Source: Nemertoderma westbladi
Lineage: Eukaryota > Animalia > Xenacoelomorpha
Reading direction: 5' to 3'
Assembly: GCA_032718475.1 (NCBI GenBank)
Contig: JAUCBJ010007417.1
Location: forward strand, 1-64,000
DNA: 64,000 nt
The notes under the pieces were generated by a model that was not told where the DNA came from, made no database searches, and worked only from the letters and a program-made list of their open reading frames with translations. Within the stretch, counting starts at the first letter, position 1, and each line of letters begins with the position of its first letter. The position numbers and the translations under genes were made by a program. Shown here one piece after another: positions 26,001-39,100 of this stretch.

Positions 26001-29000
26001 CCACTACTTCTCTAACTCTATCCTCTATGTACCATTGTGTCCCCCACTACTTATCTAAATCTATCCTCTATCTCCCTTTGCGTCCCCCACTACTTCTCTA
26101 ACTCTATCCTCTATGTACCATTGTGTCCCCCACTACTTCTCTAACTCTATCCTCTATCTCCAATTGCGTCCCCCACTACTTCTCTAACTCTATCCTCTAT
26201 GTACCATTGTGTCCCCCACTACTTATCTAACTCTATCCTCTATCTCCCATTGCGTCCCCCACTACTTCTCTAACTCTATCCTCTATGTACCATTGTGTCC
26301 CCCACTACTTCTCTAACTCTATCCTCTATGTACCATTGTGTCCCCCACTACTTATCTAACTCTATCCTCTATGTACCATTGTGTCCCCCACTACTTATCT
26401 AACTCTATCCTCTATGTACCATTGTGTCTCCCACTACTTATCTAACTCTATATCTCCCATTGCGTCCCCCACTACTTCTCTAACTCTATCCTCTATGTAC
26501 CATTGTGTCCCCCACTACTTCTCTAACTCTATCCTCTATGTACCATTGTGTCCCCCACTACTTATCTAACTCTATCCTCTATGTACCATTGTGTCCCCCA
26601 CTACTTCTCTAACTCTATCCTCTATGTACCATTGTGTCCCCCACTACTTCTCTAACTCTATCCTCTATCTCCAATTGCGTCCCCCACTACTTCTCTAACT
26701 CTATCCTCTATGTACCATTGTGTCCCCCACTACTTCTCTAACTCTATCCTCTATCTCCCATTGTGTCCCCCACTACTTCTCTAACTCTATCCTCTATGTA
26801 CCATTGTGTCCCCCACTACTTATCTAAATCTATCCTCTATCTCCCATTGTGTCCCCCACTACTTCTCTAACTATATCCTCTATCTCCCATTGTGTCCCCC
26901 ACTACTTCTCGAAATCTATCCCCCCGCTCCCATTACGTCCCCCACTACTTCTCTAACTCTATCCTCTATGTACCATTGTGTCCCCCACTACTTATCTAAA
27001 TCTATCCTCTATCTCCCATTGTGTCCCCCACTACTTCTCTAACTCTATCCTCTATCTCCCATTGTGTCCCCCACTACTTCTCGAAATCTATCCCACCGCT
27101 CCCATTACGTCCCCCACTACTCCTCTAACTCTATCCTCTATGTACCATTGTGTCCCCCACTACTTATCTAAATCTATCCTCTATCTCCCATTGTGTCCCC
27201 CACTACTTCTCGAAATCTATCCCCCCGCTCCTTTTACGTCCCCCACTACTTCTCTAACTCTATCCTCTATGTACCATTGTGTCCCCCACTACTTATCTAA
27301 ATCTATCCTCTATCTCCCATTGCGTCCCCCACTACTTCTCTAACTCTATCCTCTATGTACCATTGTGTCCCCCACTACTTCTCTAACTCTATCCTCTATC
27401 TCCAATTGCGTCCCCCACTACTTCTCTAACTCTATCCTCTATGTACCATTGTGTCCCCCACTACTTCTCTAACTCTATCCTCTATCTCCCATTGCGTCCC
27501 CCACTACTTCTCTAACTCTATCCTCTATGTACCATTGTGTCCCCCACTACTTCTCTAACTCTATCCTCTATCTCCAATTGCGTCCCCCACTACTTCTCTA
27601 ACTCTATCCTCTATGTACCATTGTGTCCCCCACTACTTCTCTAACTCTATCCTCTATCTCCCATTGCGTCCCCCACTACTTCTCTAACTCTATCCTCTAT
27701 GTACCATTGTGTCCCCCACTACTTCTCTAACTCTATCCTCTATGTACCATTGTGTCCCCCACTACTTATCTAACTCTATCCTCTATGTACCATTGTGTCC
27801 CCCACTACTTATCTAACTCTATCCTCTATGTACCATTGTGTCTCCCACTACTTATCTAACTCTATCCTCTATGTACCATTGTGTCCCCCACTACTTATCT
27901 AACTCTATCCTCTATGTACCATTGTGTCTCCCACTACTTCTCTAACTCTATCCTCTATCTCCCATTGTGTCCCCCACTACTTCTCTAACTCTATCCTCTA
28001 TGTACCATTGTGTCTCCCACTACTTATCTAACTCTATATCTCCCATTGTGTCCCCCACTACTTACCTAACTCTATCCTCTATGTACCATTGTGTCCCCCA
28101 CTACTTCTCTAACTCTATCCTCTATCTCCCATTGTGTCCCCCACTACTTCTCTAACTCTATCCTCTATCTCCCATTGTGTCCCCCACTACTTCTCGAAAT
28201 CTATCCCCCCACTCCCATTACATCCCCCACTACTTCTCTAACTCTATCCTCTATGTACCATTGTGCCCCCCACTACTTCTCTAACTCTATCCTCTATCTC
28301 CCATTGTGTCCCCCACTACTTCTCTAACTCTATCCTCTATCTCCCATTGTGTCCCCCACTACTTCTCGAAATCTATCCCCCCGCTCCCATTACGTCCCCC
28401 ACTACTTCTCTACCTCTATCCTCTATGTACCATTGTGTCCCCCACTACTTATCTAACTCTATCCTCTATGTACCATTGTGTCCCCCACTACTTCTCGAAA
28501 TCTATCCCCCCGCTCCCATTACGTCCCCCACTACTTCTCTACCTCTATCCTCTATGTACCATTGTGTCCCCCACTACTTATCTAACTCTATCCTCTATGT
28601 ACCATTGTGTCTCCCACTACTTATCTAACTCTATATCTCCCATTGTGTCCCCCACTACTTCTCTAACTCTATCCTCTATCTCCCATTGTGTCCCCCACTA
28701 CTTCTCGAAATCTATCCCCCCGCTCCCATTACGTCCCCCACTACTTCTCTAACTCTATCCTCTATGTACCATTGTGCCCCCCACTACTTCTCTAACTCTA
28801 TCCTCTATCTCCCATTGTGTCCCCCACTACTTCTCTAACTCTATCCTCTATCTCCCATTGTGTCCCCCACTACTTCTCGAAATCTATCCCCCCGCTCCCA
28901 TTACGTCCCCCACTACTTCTCTAACTCTATCCTCTATCCCCCATTGCGTCCCCCACTACTTCTCGAAATCTATCCCCCCCGCTCCCATTACGTCCCCCAC

Positions 29001-30353
29001 TACTTCTCTAACTCTATCCTCTATCTCCCATTGCGTCCCCCACTACTTCTCTAACTCTATCCTCTATCTCCCATTGTGTCCCCCACTACTTCTCTAACTC
29101 TATCCTCTATGTACCATTGTGTCCCCCACTACTTATCTAAATCTATCCTCTATCTCCCATTGCGTCCCCCACTACTTCTCTATCTCTATCCTCTATGTAC
29201 CATTGTGTCCCCCACTACTTCTCTAACTCTATCCTCTATCTCCCATTGTGTCCCCCACTACTTCTCTAACTCTATCCTCTATGTACCATTGTGTCCCCCA
29301 CTACTTCTCTAACTCTATCCTCTATGTACCATTGTGTCCCCCACTACTTTTCTAACTCTATCCTCTATCTCCAATTGTGCCCCCCACTACTTCTCTAACT
29401 CTATCCTCCATGTACCATTGTGTTCCCCACTACTTCTCTAACTCTATCCTCTATCTCCCATTGTGTCCCACACTACTTATCTAACTCTATCCTCTATCTC
29501 CCATTGCGTCCCCCACTACTTCTCTAACTCTATCCTCTATGTACCATTGTGTCCCCCACTACTTATCTAACTCTATCCTCTATCTCCAATTGTGCCCCCC
29601 ACTACTTCTCTAACTCTATCCTCCATGTACCATTGTGTCCCCCACTACTTCTCTAACTCTATCCTCTATCTCCCATTGCGTCCCCCACTACTTATCTAAC
29701 TCTATCCTCTATCTCCCATTGTGTCCACCACTACTTCTCGAAATCTATCCCCCCGCTCCCATTGCATCCCCCACTACTTTTCTAACTCTATCCTCTATCT
29801 CCCATTGTGTCCCCCACTACTTCTCTAACTCTATCCTCTATGTACCATTGTGTCCCCCACTACTTCTCTAACTCTATCCTCTATCTCCCATTGTGTCCCC
29901 CACTACTTCTCTAACTCTATCCTCTATGTACCATTGTGTCCCCCACTACTTCTCTAACTCTATCCTCTATCTCCCATTGTGTCCCCCACTACTTCTCGAA
30001 ATCTATCCCCCCGCTCCCATTGCATCCCCCACTACTTTTCTAACTCTATCCTCTATCTCCATTGTGTCCCCCACTACTTCTCGAAATCTATCCCCCCGCT
30101 CCCATTGCATCCCCCACTACTTTTCTAACTCTATCCTCTATCTCCCATTGTGTCCCCCACTACTTCTCTAACTCTATCCTCTATCTCCCATTGTGTCCCC
30201 CACTACTTCTCTAACTATATCCTCTATCTCCCATTGTGTCCCCCACTACTTCTCTAACTCTATCCTCTATGTACCATTGTATATCCCACTACTTATCTAG
30301 CTCTATCCCCCCGCTCCCATTGTGTCCCCCACTACTTCTCTAACTCCATCCAG
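14060..30353 (+). repeat. 43-bp satellite (~380 copies) in DHX9 intron 1, derived from the intron 1/exon 2 junction
   Basis: Unit tcccattgtgtcccccactacttctctaactctatcctctatc; 30/35 ungapped identity to 31744-31778 taactctatcccccag|gtcccagtgtgtcccccac. Confidence 0.95.
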
Positions 30354-30400
30354 GCACCAATATTAATTGGTCTATATTATTGAGTAATTATATCTAATAT

Positions 30401-31050
30401 TGTTCGAACGTTCACCAATATTAATTGGTCTATTATATTGGGTAATTCTATTTTACATTGTTTGAACGTAAAGTCTCCGCCCAGAAAGTCCACCCGCGCG
30501 CAGGTGATAATTAGGGGTCAACTCCATATTGACCCCACAGCAGGCTATAAATAGGGGCGCATCGGGTCTAAAACTTCAAGAGTTTTCACTCTGCCTCAGG
30601 CATAACTGTTGAGCCCAGCTCCTCAGTATAGCAGAGGTCCCTGGCCTAGAAGTCAGCTCTGTTCCGAGTTGGGGCCGTCTTTGTTGCTGGATCGGGCCTG
30701 AGAAAGGCTTTGCGGTCGCCAGTAACTTAAGACGATTCCGCCGTCGGACGGCTGTACTACCTTAGCCTAAGCCAACTCTGGTCCAAAGTTGGGGCCTTCT
30801 TTGTTGCTGGATCCGGCCTGCGAAAGGCTTTGCGGTTGCCTGTAACGTAAGACGGTTCCACCGTTGGTCTGAGCTCATTGGCGAGAAAAGCCCGGAGCGG
30901 TGCGCTTGTGTGCTCGCTATTGCCTACCAGGCAAAAGTGGCAGCGTCTCCACCGGCTCGGCTCTCCTGCCCACGGTAGTGCTGGTGCACTATCCCCAGGC
31001 TATATGTTTATTTGTGGTTCGCCCAAATAAACCTTTATGGTCTGAGAACA
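30401..31050 (+). mobile_element. Probable solo LTR or LTR-like insertion
   Basis: TGTTC...GAACA termini, TATAAATA near 30546, AATAAA near 31026, internal ~120-bp duplication, GC-richer than its flanks; TSD ambiguous (tat/atatt). Confidence 0.45.
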
Positions 31051-31759
31051 TATTGCAGCTAACATTTTAAGTCCAATCGGCCCCACCCCTGTTTGGACTC
31101 AGACGGTAACCTGGTGTTCTGCACTATCGCCAAGTTCCAATAGCGTGAAGCTGCACCAAGTTTATTACGACTTTCCCATAACTTGATAGACGTTCTGAGG
31201 GGACATTGCTTTTAAGACGTTCTACGACTTTATTAGCCCATGACTTTTTCACGATTTATTAAGACGTTTTTTAAAACAATTGATTATTGTTAGATTTCTT
31301 TCCCTTTATTTGTATATTTTTTCCGGTGTATTTTTAGCAAAACAAAACGGCTAAAAATACGGTATATTTTCTCTGCCTTTTGGATTATTTAGAGGCTATA
31401 CTTTGGATCCTAACGGACCCAAAGCACCCTTCACCCGGTTTCTATCTTTTTCCTCATCCCAGAGGTTTTTCTACAGTGTTACAGTAAGCTATTTCATTTA
31501 TTTAGAAGGAAGCAATACAGTATTATTTGGGAAGAATAGAAAATCACTGTGTTTTTGTACTATATAGAAAAGTTGTGGATGTCCGTAAATAACAAGCCAT
31601 TGAAGGACCGTGTTCAAGTGGAAATATTTATGTTAGCCGGAAAACCAAAACACTAAGCGAAATGAGCACTACCTGGAACTTTTTTGAGATTCAAAGCCGT
31701 TTTAGGAGCTTATCGTGCCAAGGAATACGAGAAATCCATTACATAACTCTATCCCCCAG

Positions 31760-32114
31760 GTCCCAGTGTGTCCCCCACCCGCTACACCACAGGAATGCCT
31801 GTCTCTGGTGGCGGACGACCAGTGGATTATTGAGAAGTACGCGACCGGCGGTGAGGGATTCGTGATGTCCGCTGTTCCGTGGACCCCACCGATGCCGAAC
31901 TGGAATCCTTGGACCGGGTCCAACATCGACGAGGGTCCGCTAGCGAACGCCTCTCCCGAGCAGATATCGGCCGACTTACGGTTGCGAGAGGAGCGGAAGA
32001 GCAATGACGTCACGCTGCACGGGATAAGCGAGGCTCGGCGAAACCTTCCTATCTGTAACAGTTACGATCAGATAATGGAAGCCGTTGCTAATAACACTGT
32101 GGTTATTCTTAAAG
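31760..32114 (+). CDS. DHX9: DHX9 coding exon 2 (MTAD region up to the strand before Walker A)
   Basis: VPWTPPMPNWNPWTGSNIDEGPLA...RRNLPI...NNTVVILKG; acceptor CCCAG|GTC, donor AAAG|GTGTGA; phase 0 to 1. Confidence 0.93.
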
Positions 32115-32191
32115 GTGTGAATTTGTATAAAGTAACAGCTAAGTGAATTCTTATGAGTTGTGATAGTAACATGTCAACATGTCGATTTTTC

Positions 32192-35100
32192 GACAGGGTG
32201 TGGTAAGACCACCCAGGTACCCCAGTACATCCGTTATTGTTGCAGGTCAGACAGGGTGCGGTAAGACCACCCAGGTACCCCCCAGTACATCCGTTATTGT
32301 TGCAGGTCAGACAGGGTGCGGTAAGACCACCCAGGTACCCCCCAGTACATCCCTTATTGTTACAGGTCACGCAGGGTGCGGTAAGACCACCCAGGTGCCC
32401 CCCAGTACATCCGTTATTGTTACAGGTCAGGCAGGGTGCGGTAAGACCACCCAGGTACCCCAGTACACCCGTTATTGTTGCAGGTCAGACAGGGTTCGGT
32501 AACACCACCCAGGTACCCCAGTACATACGTTATTGTTGCAGGTCAGATAGGGTGCGGTAAGATCACCCAGGTACCCCCCAGTACATTCGTTATTGTTGCA
32601 GGTCAGGCAGGGTGCGGTAAGACCACCCAGGTACCCCCCAGTACATCCGTTATTGTTACAGGTCAGGCAGGGTGCGGTAAGACCACCCAGGTACCCCAGT
32701 ACACCCGTTATTGTTGCAGGTCAGACAGGGTGCGGTAAGACCACCCAGGTGCCCCCCAGTACATCCGTTATTGTTGCAGGTCGGATAGGGTGCGGTAAGA
32801 CCACCCAGGTACCCCCCAGTACATCCCTTATTGTTACAGGTCACGCAGGGTGCGGTAAGACCACCCAGGTGCCCCCCAGTACATCCGTTATTGTTACAGG
32901 TCAGGCAGGGTGCGGTAAGACCACCCAGGTACCCCAGTACACCCGTTATTGTTACAGGTCAGATAGGGTGCGGTAAGATCACCCAGGTACCCCCCAGTAC
33001 ATTCGTTATTGTTGCAGGTCAGGCAGGGTGCGGTAAGACCACCCAGGTACCCCCCAGTACATCCGTTATTGTTACAGGTCAGGCAGGGTGCGGTAAGACC
33101 ACCCAGGTACCCCAGTACACCCGTTATTGTTGCAGGTCAGACAGGGTGCGGTAAGACCACCCAGGTGCCCCCCAGTACGTCCGTTATTGTTGCAGGTCGG
33201 ATAGGGTGCGGTAAGACCACCCAGGTACCCCCCAGTACATCCCTTATTGTTACAGGTCACGCAGGGTGCGGTAAGACCACCCAGATGCCCCCCAGTACAT
33301 CCGTTATTGTTGCAGGTCAGACAGGGTGCGGTAAGACCAACCAGGTACCCCCCAGTACATCCGTTATTGTTGCAGGTCAGACAGGGTGCGGTAAGACCAC
33401 CCAGGTACCCCCCAGTACATCCCTTATTGTTACAGGTCACGCAGGGTGCGGTAAGACCACCCAGGTGCCCCCCAGTACATCCGTTATTGTTACAGGTCAG
33501 GCAGGGTGCGGTAAGACCACCCAGGTACCCCAGTACACCCGTTATTGTTGCAGGTCAGACAGGGTTCGGTAACACCACCCAGGTACCCCAGTACATACGT
33601 TATTGTTGCAGGTCAGATATGGTGCGGTAAGATCACCCAGGTACCCCCCAGTACATTCGTTATTGTTGCAGCTCAGGCAGGGTGCGGTAAGACCACCCAG
33701 GTACCCCCCAGTACATCCGTTATTGTTACAGGTCAGGCAGGGTGCGGTAAGACCACCCAGGTACCCCAGTACACCCGTTATTGTTGCAGGTCAGACAGGG
33801 TGCGGTAAGACCACCCAGGTACCCCAGTACATCCGTTATTGTTGCAGGTCGGATAGGGTGCGGTAAGATCACCCAGGTACCCCCCAGTACATCCGTTATT
33901 GTTGCAGGTCAGACAGGGTGCGGTATGACCACCCACGTACCCCAGTAGGCCTACACCCGTTATTGTTGCAGGTCAGACAGGGTGCGGTAAGACCACCCAA
34001 GTACCTCTTACTACATCCGTTATTGTTGCAGGTCAGGCAGGGTGCGGTAAGACCACCCAGATACCCCCCAGTACATCCGTTATTGTTGCAGGTCAGACAG
34101 GGTGCGGTATGACCACCCACGTACCCCTGTAGGCCTACACCTGTTATTGTTGCAGGTCAGACAAGGTGCGGTAAGACCACCCAGGTACCCCCCCAGTACA
34201 TCCGATATTGTTGCAGGTCAGACAGGGTGCGGTAAGACCACCCAGGTACCCCCCAGTATATCCGTTATTGTTACAGGTCAGGCAGGGTGCGGTAAGACCA
34301 CCCAGGTACCCCAGTACACCCATTATTGTTGCAGGTCAGACAGGGTGCGGTAAGACCACCCAGGTACCCCAGTACACCCGTTATTGTTGCAGGTCAGACA
34401 GGGTGCGGTATGACCACCCACGTACCCCAGTAGGCCTACACCTGTTATTGTTGCAGGTCAGACAAGGTGCGGTAAGACCACCCAGGTACCCCCCCAGTAC
34501 ATCCGATATTGTTGCAGGTCAGACAGGGTGCGGTAAGACCACCCAGGTACCCCCCAGTACATCCGTTATTGTTACAGGTCAGGCAGGGTGCGGTAAGACC
34601 ACCCAGGTACCCCAGTACACCCGTTATTGTTGCAGGTCAGACAGGGTGCGGTAAGACCACCCAGGTACCCCAGTACACCCGTTATTGTTGCAGGTCAGAC
34701 AGGGTGCGGTAAGACCACCCAGGTACCCCAGTACACCCGTTATTGTTGCAGGTCAGACAGGGTGCGGTAAGACCACCCAGGTACCCCAGTACACCCGTTA
34801 TTGTTGCAGGTCAGACAGGGTGCGGTAAGACCACCCAGGTACCCCAGTACATCCGTTATTGTTACAGGTCAGACAGGGTGCGGTAAGACCACCCAAGTAC
34901 CCCTTAGTACATCCGTTTTTGTTGCAGGTCAGACAGGGTGCGGTAAGACCACCCAGGTACCCCAGTACATCCGTTATTGTTGCAGGTCGGATAGTGTGCG
35001 GTAAGATCACCCAGGTACCCCCCAGTACATCCGTTATTGTTGCAGGTCAGACAGGGTGCGGTAAGACCACCCAGGTACCCCCCAGTACATCCGTTATTGT

Positions 35101-36196
35101 TACAGGTCAGGCAGGGTGCGGTAAGACCACCCAGGTACCCCAGTACACCCGTTATTGTTGCAGGTCAGACAGGGTGCGGTAAGACCACCCAGGTACTCCA
35201 GTACATCCGTTATTGTTGCAGGTCAGATAGGGTGCGGTAAGATCACCCAGGTACCCCCCAGTACATCCGTTATTGTTGCGGGTCAGGCAGGGTGCGGTAA
35301 GACCACCCAGGTACCCCCCAGTACATCCGTTATTGTTACAGGTCAGGCAGGCTGCGATAAGACCACCCAGGTACCCCAGTACACCCGTTATTGTTGCAGG
35401 TCAGACAGGGTCGGTAAGACCACCCAAGTACCCCTTAGTACACCGTTATTGTTGCAGGTCAGACAGGGTGCGGTAAGACCACCCAAGTACTCCTAGTACA
35501 TCCGTTTTTGTTGCAGGTCAGACAGGGTGCGGTAAGACCACCCAAATACCCCTTAGTACATCCGTTATTGTTGCAGGTCAGGCAGGGTGCGGTAAGACCA
35601 CCCAGGTACCCCCCAGTACATTCGTTATTGTTACAGGTCAGACAGGGTGCGGTAAGACCACCCAGGTACCACACCCGTTATTGTTGCAGGTCAGACAGGG
35701 TGCGGTAAGACCACCCAGGTACCCCAGTACATCCGTTATTGTTGCAGGTCAGAAAGGGTGCGGTAAGACCACCCAAGTACCTCTTACTACATCCGTTATT
35801 GTTGCAGGTCAAGCAGGGTGCGGTAAGACCACCCAGATACCCCCCAGTACATCCGTTATTGTTGCAGGTCAGACAGGGTGCGGTAAGACCACCCAGGTAC
35901 CCCCCAGTACATCCGTTTTTGTTGCAGGTCAGACAGGGTGCGGTAAGACCACCCAAGTACCCCTTAGTACATCCGTTATTGTTGCAGGTCAGACAGGGTG
36001 CGGTAAGATCACCCAAGTACCCCTTAGTACATCCGTTATTGTTGCAGGTCAGACAGGGTTCGGTAAGACCACCCAGATACCCCCCAGTACATCCGTTATT
36101 GTTGCAGGTCAGACAGGGTGCGGTAAGACCACCCAGGTACCCCAGTACATCCGTTATTGTTGCAGGTCAGACAGGGTGCGGTAAGACCACCCAAGT
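32192..36196 (+). repeat. ~58-62-bp satellite, left arm (~67 copies), copy of the intron 2 acceptor + Walker A coding start of exon 3
   Basis: Unit tacatccgttattgttgcag|gtcagacagggtgcggtaagaccacccaggtacccccag matches 44393-44450. Confidence 0.95.
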
Positions 36197-39100
36197 TGAT
36201 TCTATTCAGATCAATTTTTAAACAAATTATAAAAAGCCTTATTTTCATTTTTCAAAATTATAGAAACACCATTCTTGATATTACACTAATATTAGCAATA
36301 ACAATTAACACACTACTTTTAAAGGCGGGCGATATACATCCTAACCCAGGCCCGGAATCACCACATAACATAACAAATCTAAAGGACTACTTGCAAATAA
36401 ACAAAGAGGGAACAATTTTCATTCAAATAAATAGCCGTAGTCTAGTTAAAAATATAAACGAACTTCGTCACGCCTTGGTGGGATCCAAAAATGCCATCGT
36501 TTCTGTTACAGAAACGTGGCTAAAACGTAATATCCACGATAGTGTAGTAGCAATTCCTGGGTATGTACTACATCGACGGGATCGAAAATCTAAGAAAGGC
36601 GGGGCGGGGGGGTTCTAATTTATGTACCAATAGGAATAAATAATACAGGACGGCAGGACATAAAATCAAACAATAAACTGGAGTCAATATGGGTGGAAAT
36701 AGACAATTACTTAGTATGTACTATATACAATCCTCCAAGAGCTAATAAAGAATTTTTCAAGCAGTTTTCCGAAGAGCTAGAAAATGCACTAATGTTAGAA
36801 CCTAGCAAGAGGATTTTAGTACAAGGCGACTTTAATATAAATATACTTAAAACAGAAAAAAATCCCAAAAAGCAATTACTAAACGATCTACTTAATCAAT
36901 ATAACATTTCAATATTAAATACAAAGACTCCGACTCGAATAGCAAAAAACTCCGAATCGCTCATAGATTTATTACCGGTACTATCAAACATTGACAACAA
37001 TAAAATTAAAGCGTGCCTTACGATTCCATGTATATTTTCTGATCATGACTACACAATAATTAAAATAAACCAAAAATGCAGATCATCGGCAGGGCAACAA
37101 AAAGTATGGGTACAGTACCGTGACTACTCAAAATTTGATAAAAATAAATTCCGGGCTGACTATCAAAACTCGATATGGGACCACATTTATAATGAATCAG
37201 ATATCAATAAACAATTCGAAATTTTTGAAAGTCAAATTGAAACAGTTTTAGATCGTTTTGCCCCATACAAACGGAAACTTCAACTCACAGAAAAAGAGCA
37301 CCATCAATTTACAGCGGATAATAATTGGTCGACAGAAAAATTAGAGGAACTACGTAAAAATAAATATTCTAAATTTTTACAGTGGCGGAAAACAAAATTG
37401 GAATTGGACTATAAAGAATATAAATTATTAAGGAACAAGTTTAACACACTAAACAGCAATCTGAAAAATAAATACATTAAATCAAAATTCGCTGAGGCCT
37501 CAAATAGCAAAACACGTTGGCAAATAATAAACAAAATCCTGAACAGAAATAAAAACTTACGAAATATATGCAGCTAAACACATCTTGGAAAACTAATAAC
37601 TGAAAAGAAACAAATTGTAGATATTTTGAACAGCACGTATATAAATATAGGAAATTTCTATAAGGACGCGCCAATATCAAGTCAAGGCAACAATAAATTA
37701 AATGTCAAAGACGTTCACAAATTTTCATTTACGGGGGTAACAGAACTCGAAGTTTTTGAAATAATTAATAAACTAAATAAAAATAAATCTAGTGGGCCTT
37801 CGAACATACCAACAGAAATATTTAAACAGTTAAAAGCCGACATAGTTATTCCGCTAACATACATATTAAATCAGTGCCTAACGAAATCAAAATTTCCAGA
37901 TAAACTGAAAATAGTCAACATAACACCAATTTATAAAAAAGGCGATGCTCTTGACCCAGAGAATTATAGACCAGTAGCTGTAACATCACCAATTGCGAAG
38001 GTATTTGAAAAAATAATGTTTAATCAGATGCATAGATATATAAATCACAATAAAATATTATACAAAAAACAATTTGGATTCAGGAATGGTTACTCCACTA
38101 TCGATGCAATTACATACCTAACAGAAAAGTGGCGGGAGAATTTGAACAAAGGTGAATATATAGCGGTGGCATTTTTGGATCTCAGCAAGGCATTTAATTC
38201 CATAAATAGACAACTTTTAATAGATAGACTATCAACTATAGGGTTTCACACCACAGCAACATCGCTCATACAAAATTATTTACATAACCGGAAACAAAGG
38301 GTAAGCATGGGTCAAACAAAATCCGATTGGTTAGTAGAAACCAGGGGAGTACCACAAGGAACTATTTTGGGCAGCCTACTATTCACACTATATATAAATG
38401 ACATTCACCACGCCACACAAAATACAACGGACATATTGCAATACGCAGACGACACAGTATTATATACAACACATAAGGACCCCGTAGAGGCAACAAAAAT
38501 ACTAAAAGCTGAAATTGACACAATAAATAAAACGTTTCAAGATCACCATTTAAAATTAAACCCTTCAAAAACTGAATTTTTACTCTTATCACCAAAACAA
38601 CAACAAACAAATATCACGAATACTCATACACAAATTCATCTTCACGTGGGGCAGGCAGATCCAATAGACCAATCACTATCAGTTAAATATTTAGGTGTAC
38701 AAATAGATAACCAATTGCAATGGAAAGAATATAAATAAAATGACTCAAAATATGGCACTAAGTATATCAACCCTACGTAGTATAAAAGGACAGCTAACAA
38801 ACACAACAAAACTGCAAATCTATAAATCACTCACATTATTAAAGCACAAATCCCTTTGCTGTCAGCCTTACGCGAATATGTCGGACTACAATTTCTATAT
38901 AAATACATTAACAACATAACACAACCGTTCTCAACTCTCGACCTACCATTCCTAAATCGAGCAGACGGATCTAGGACACTTCCCCCCCGGACACTTCCCC
39001 CCCGGACACTTCCCCCCCGCCCAAGTAGGACACTTCCCCCCCGGACACTTCCCCCCCGGACACTTGCCCCCCGGACACTTCCCCCCCAGTTAAAGTGTTA

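Noticed and set aside
14240-30171. Dozens of short SPTT/HCVPHY ORFs
   Set aside because: By-products of the 43-bp satellite; the period is not a multiple of 3 and starts are mostly GTG/TTG.
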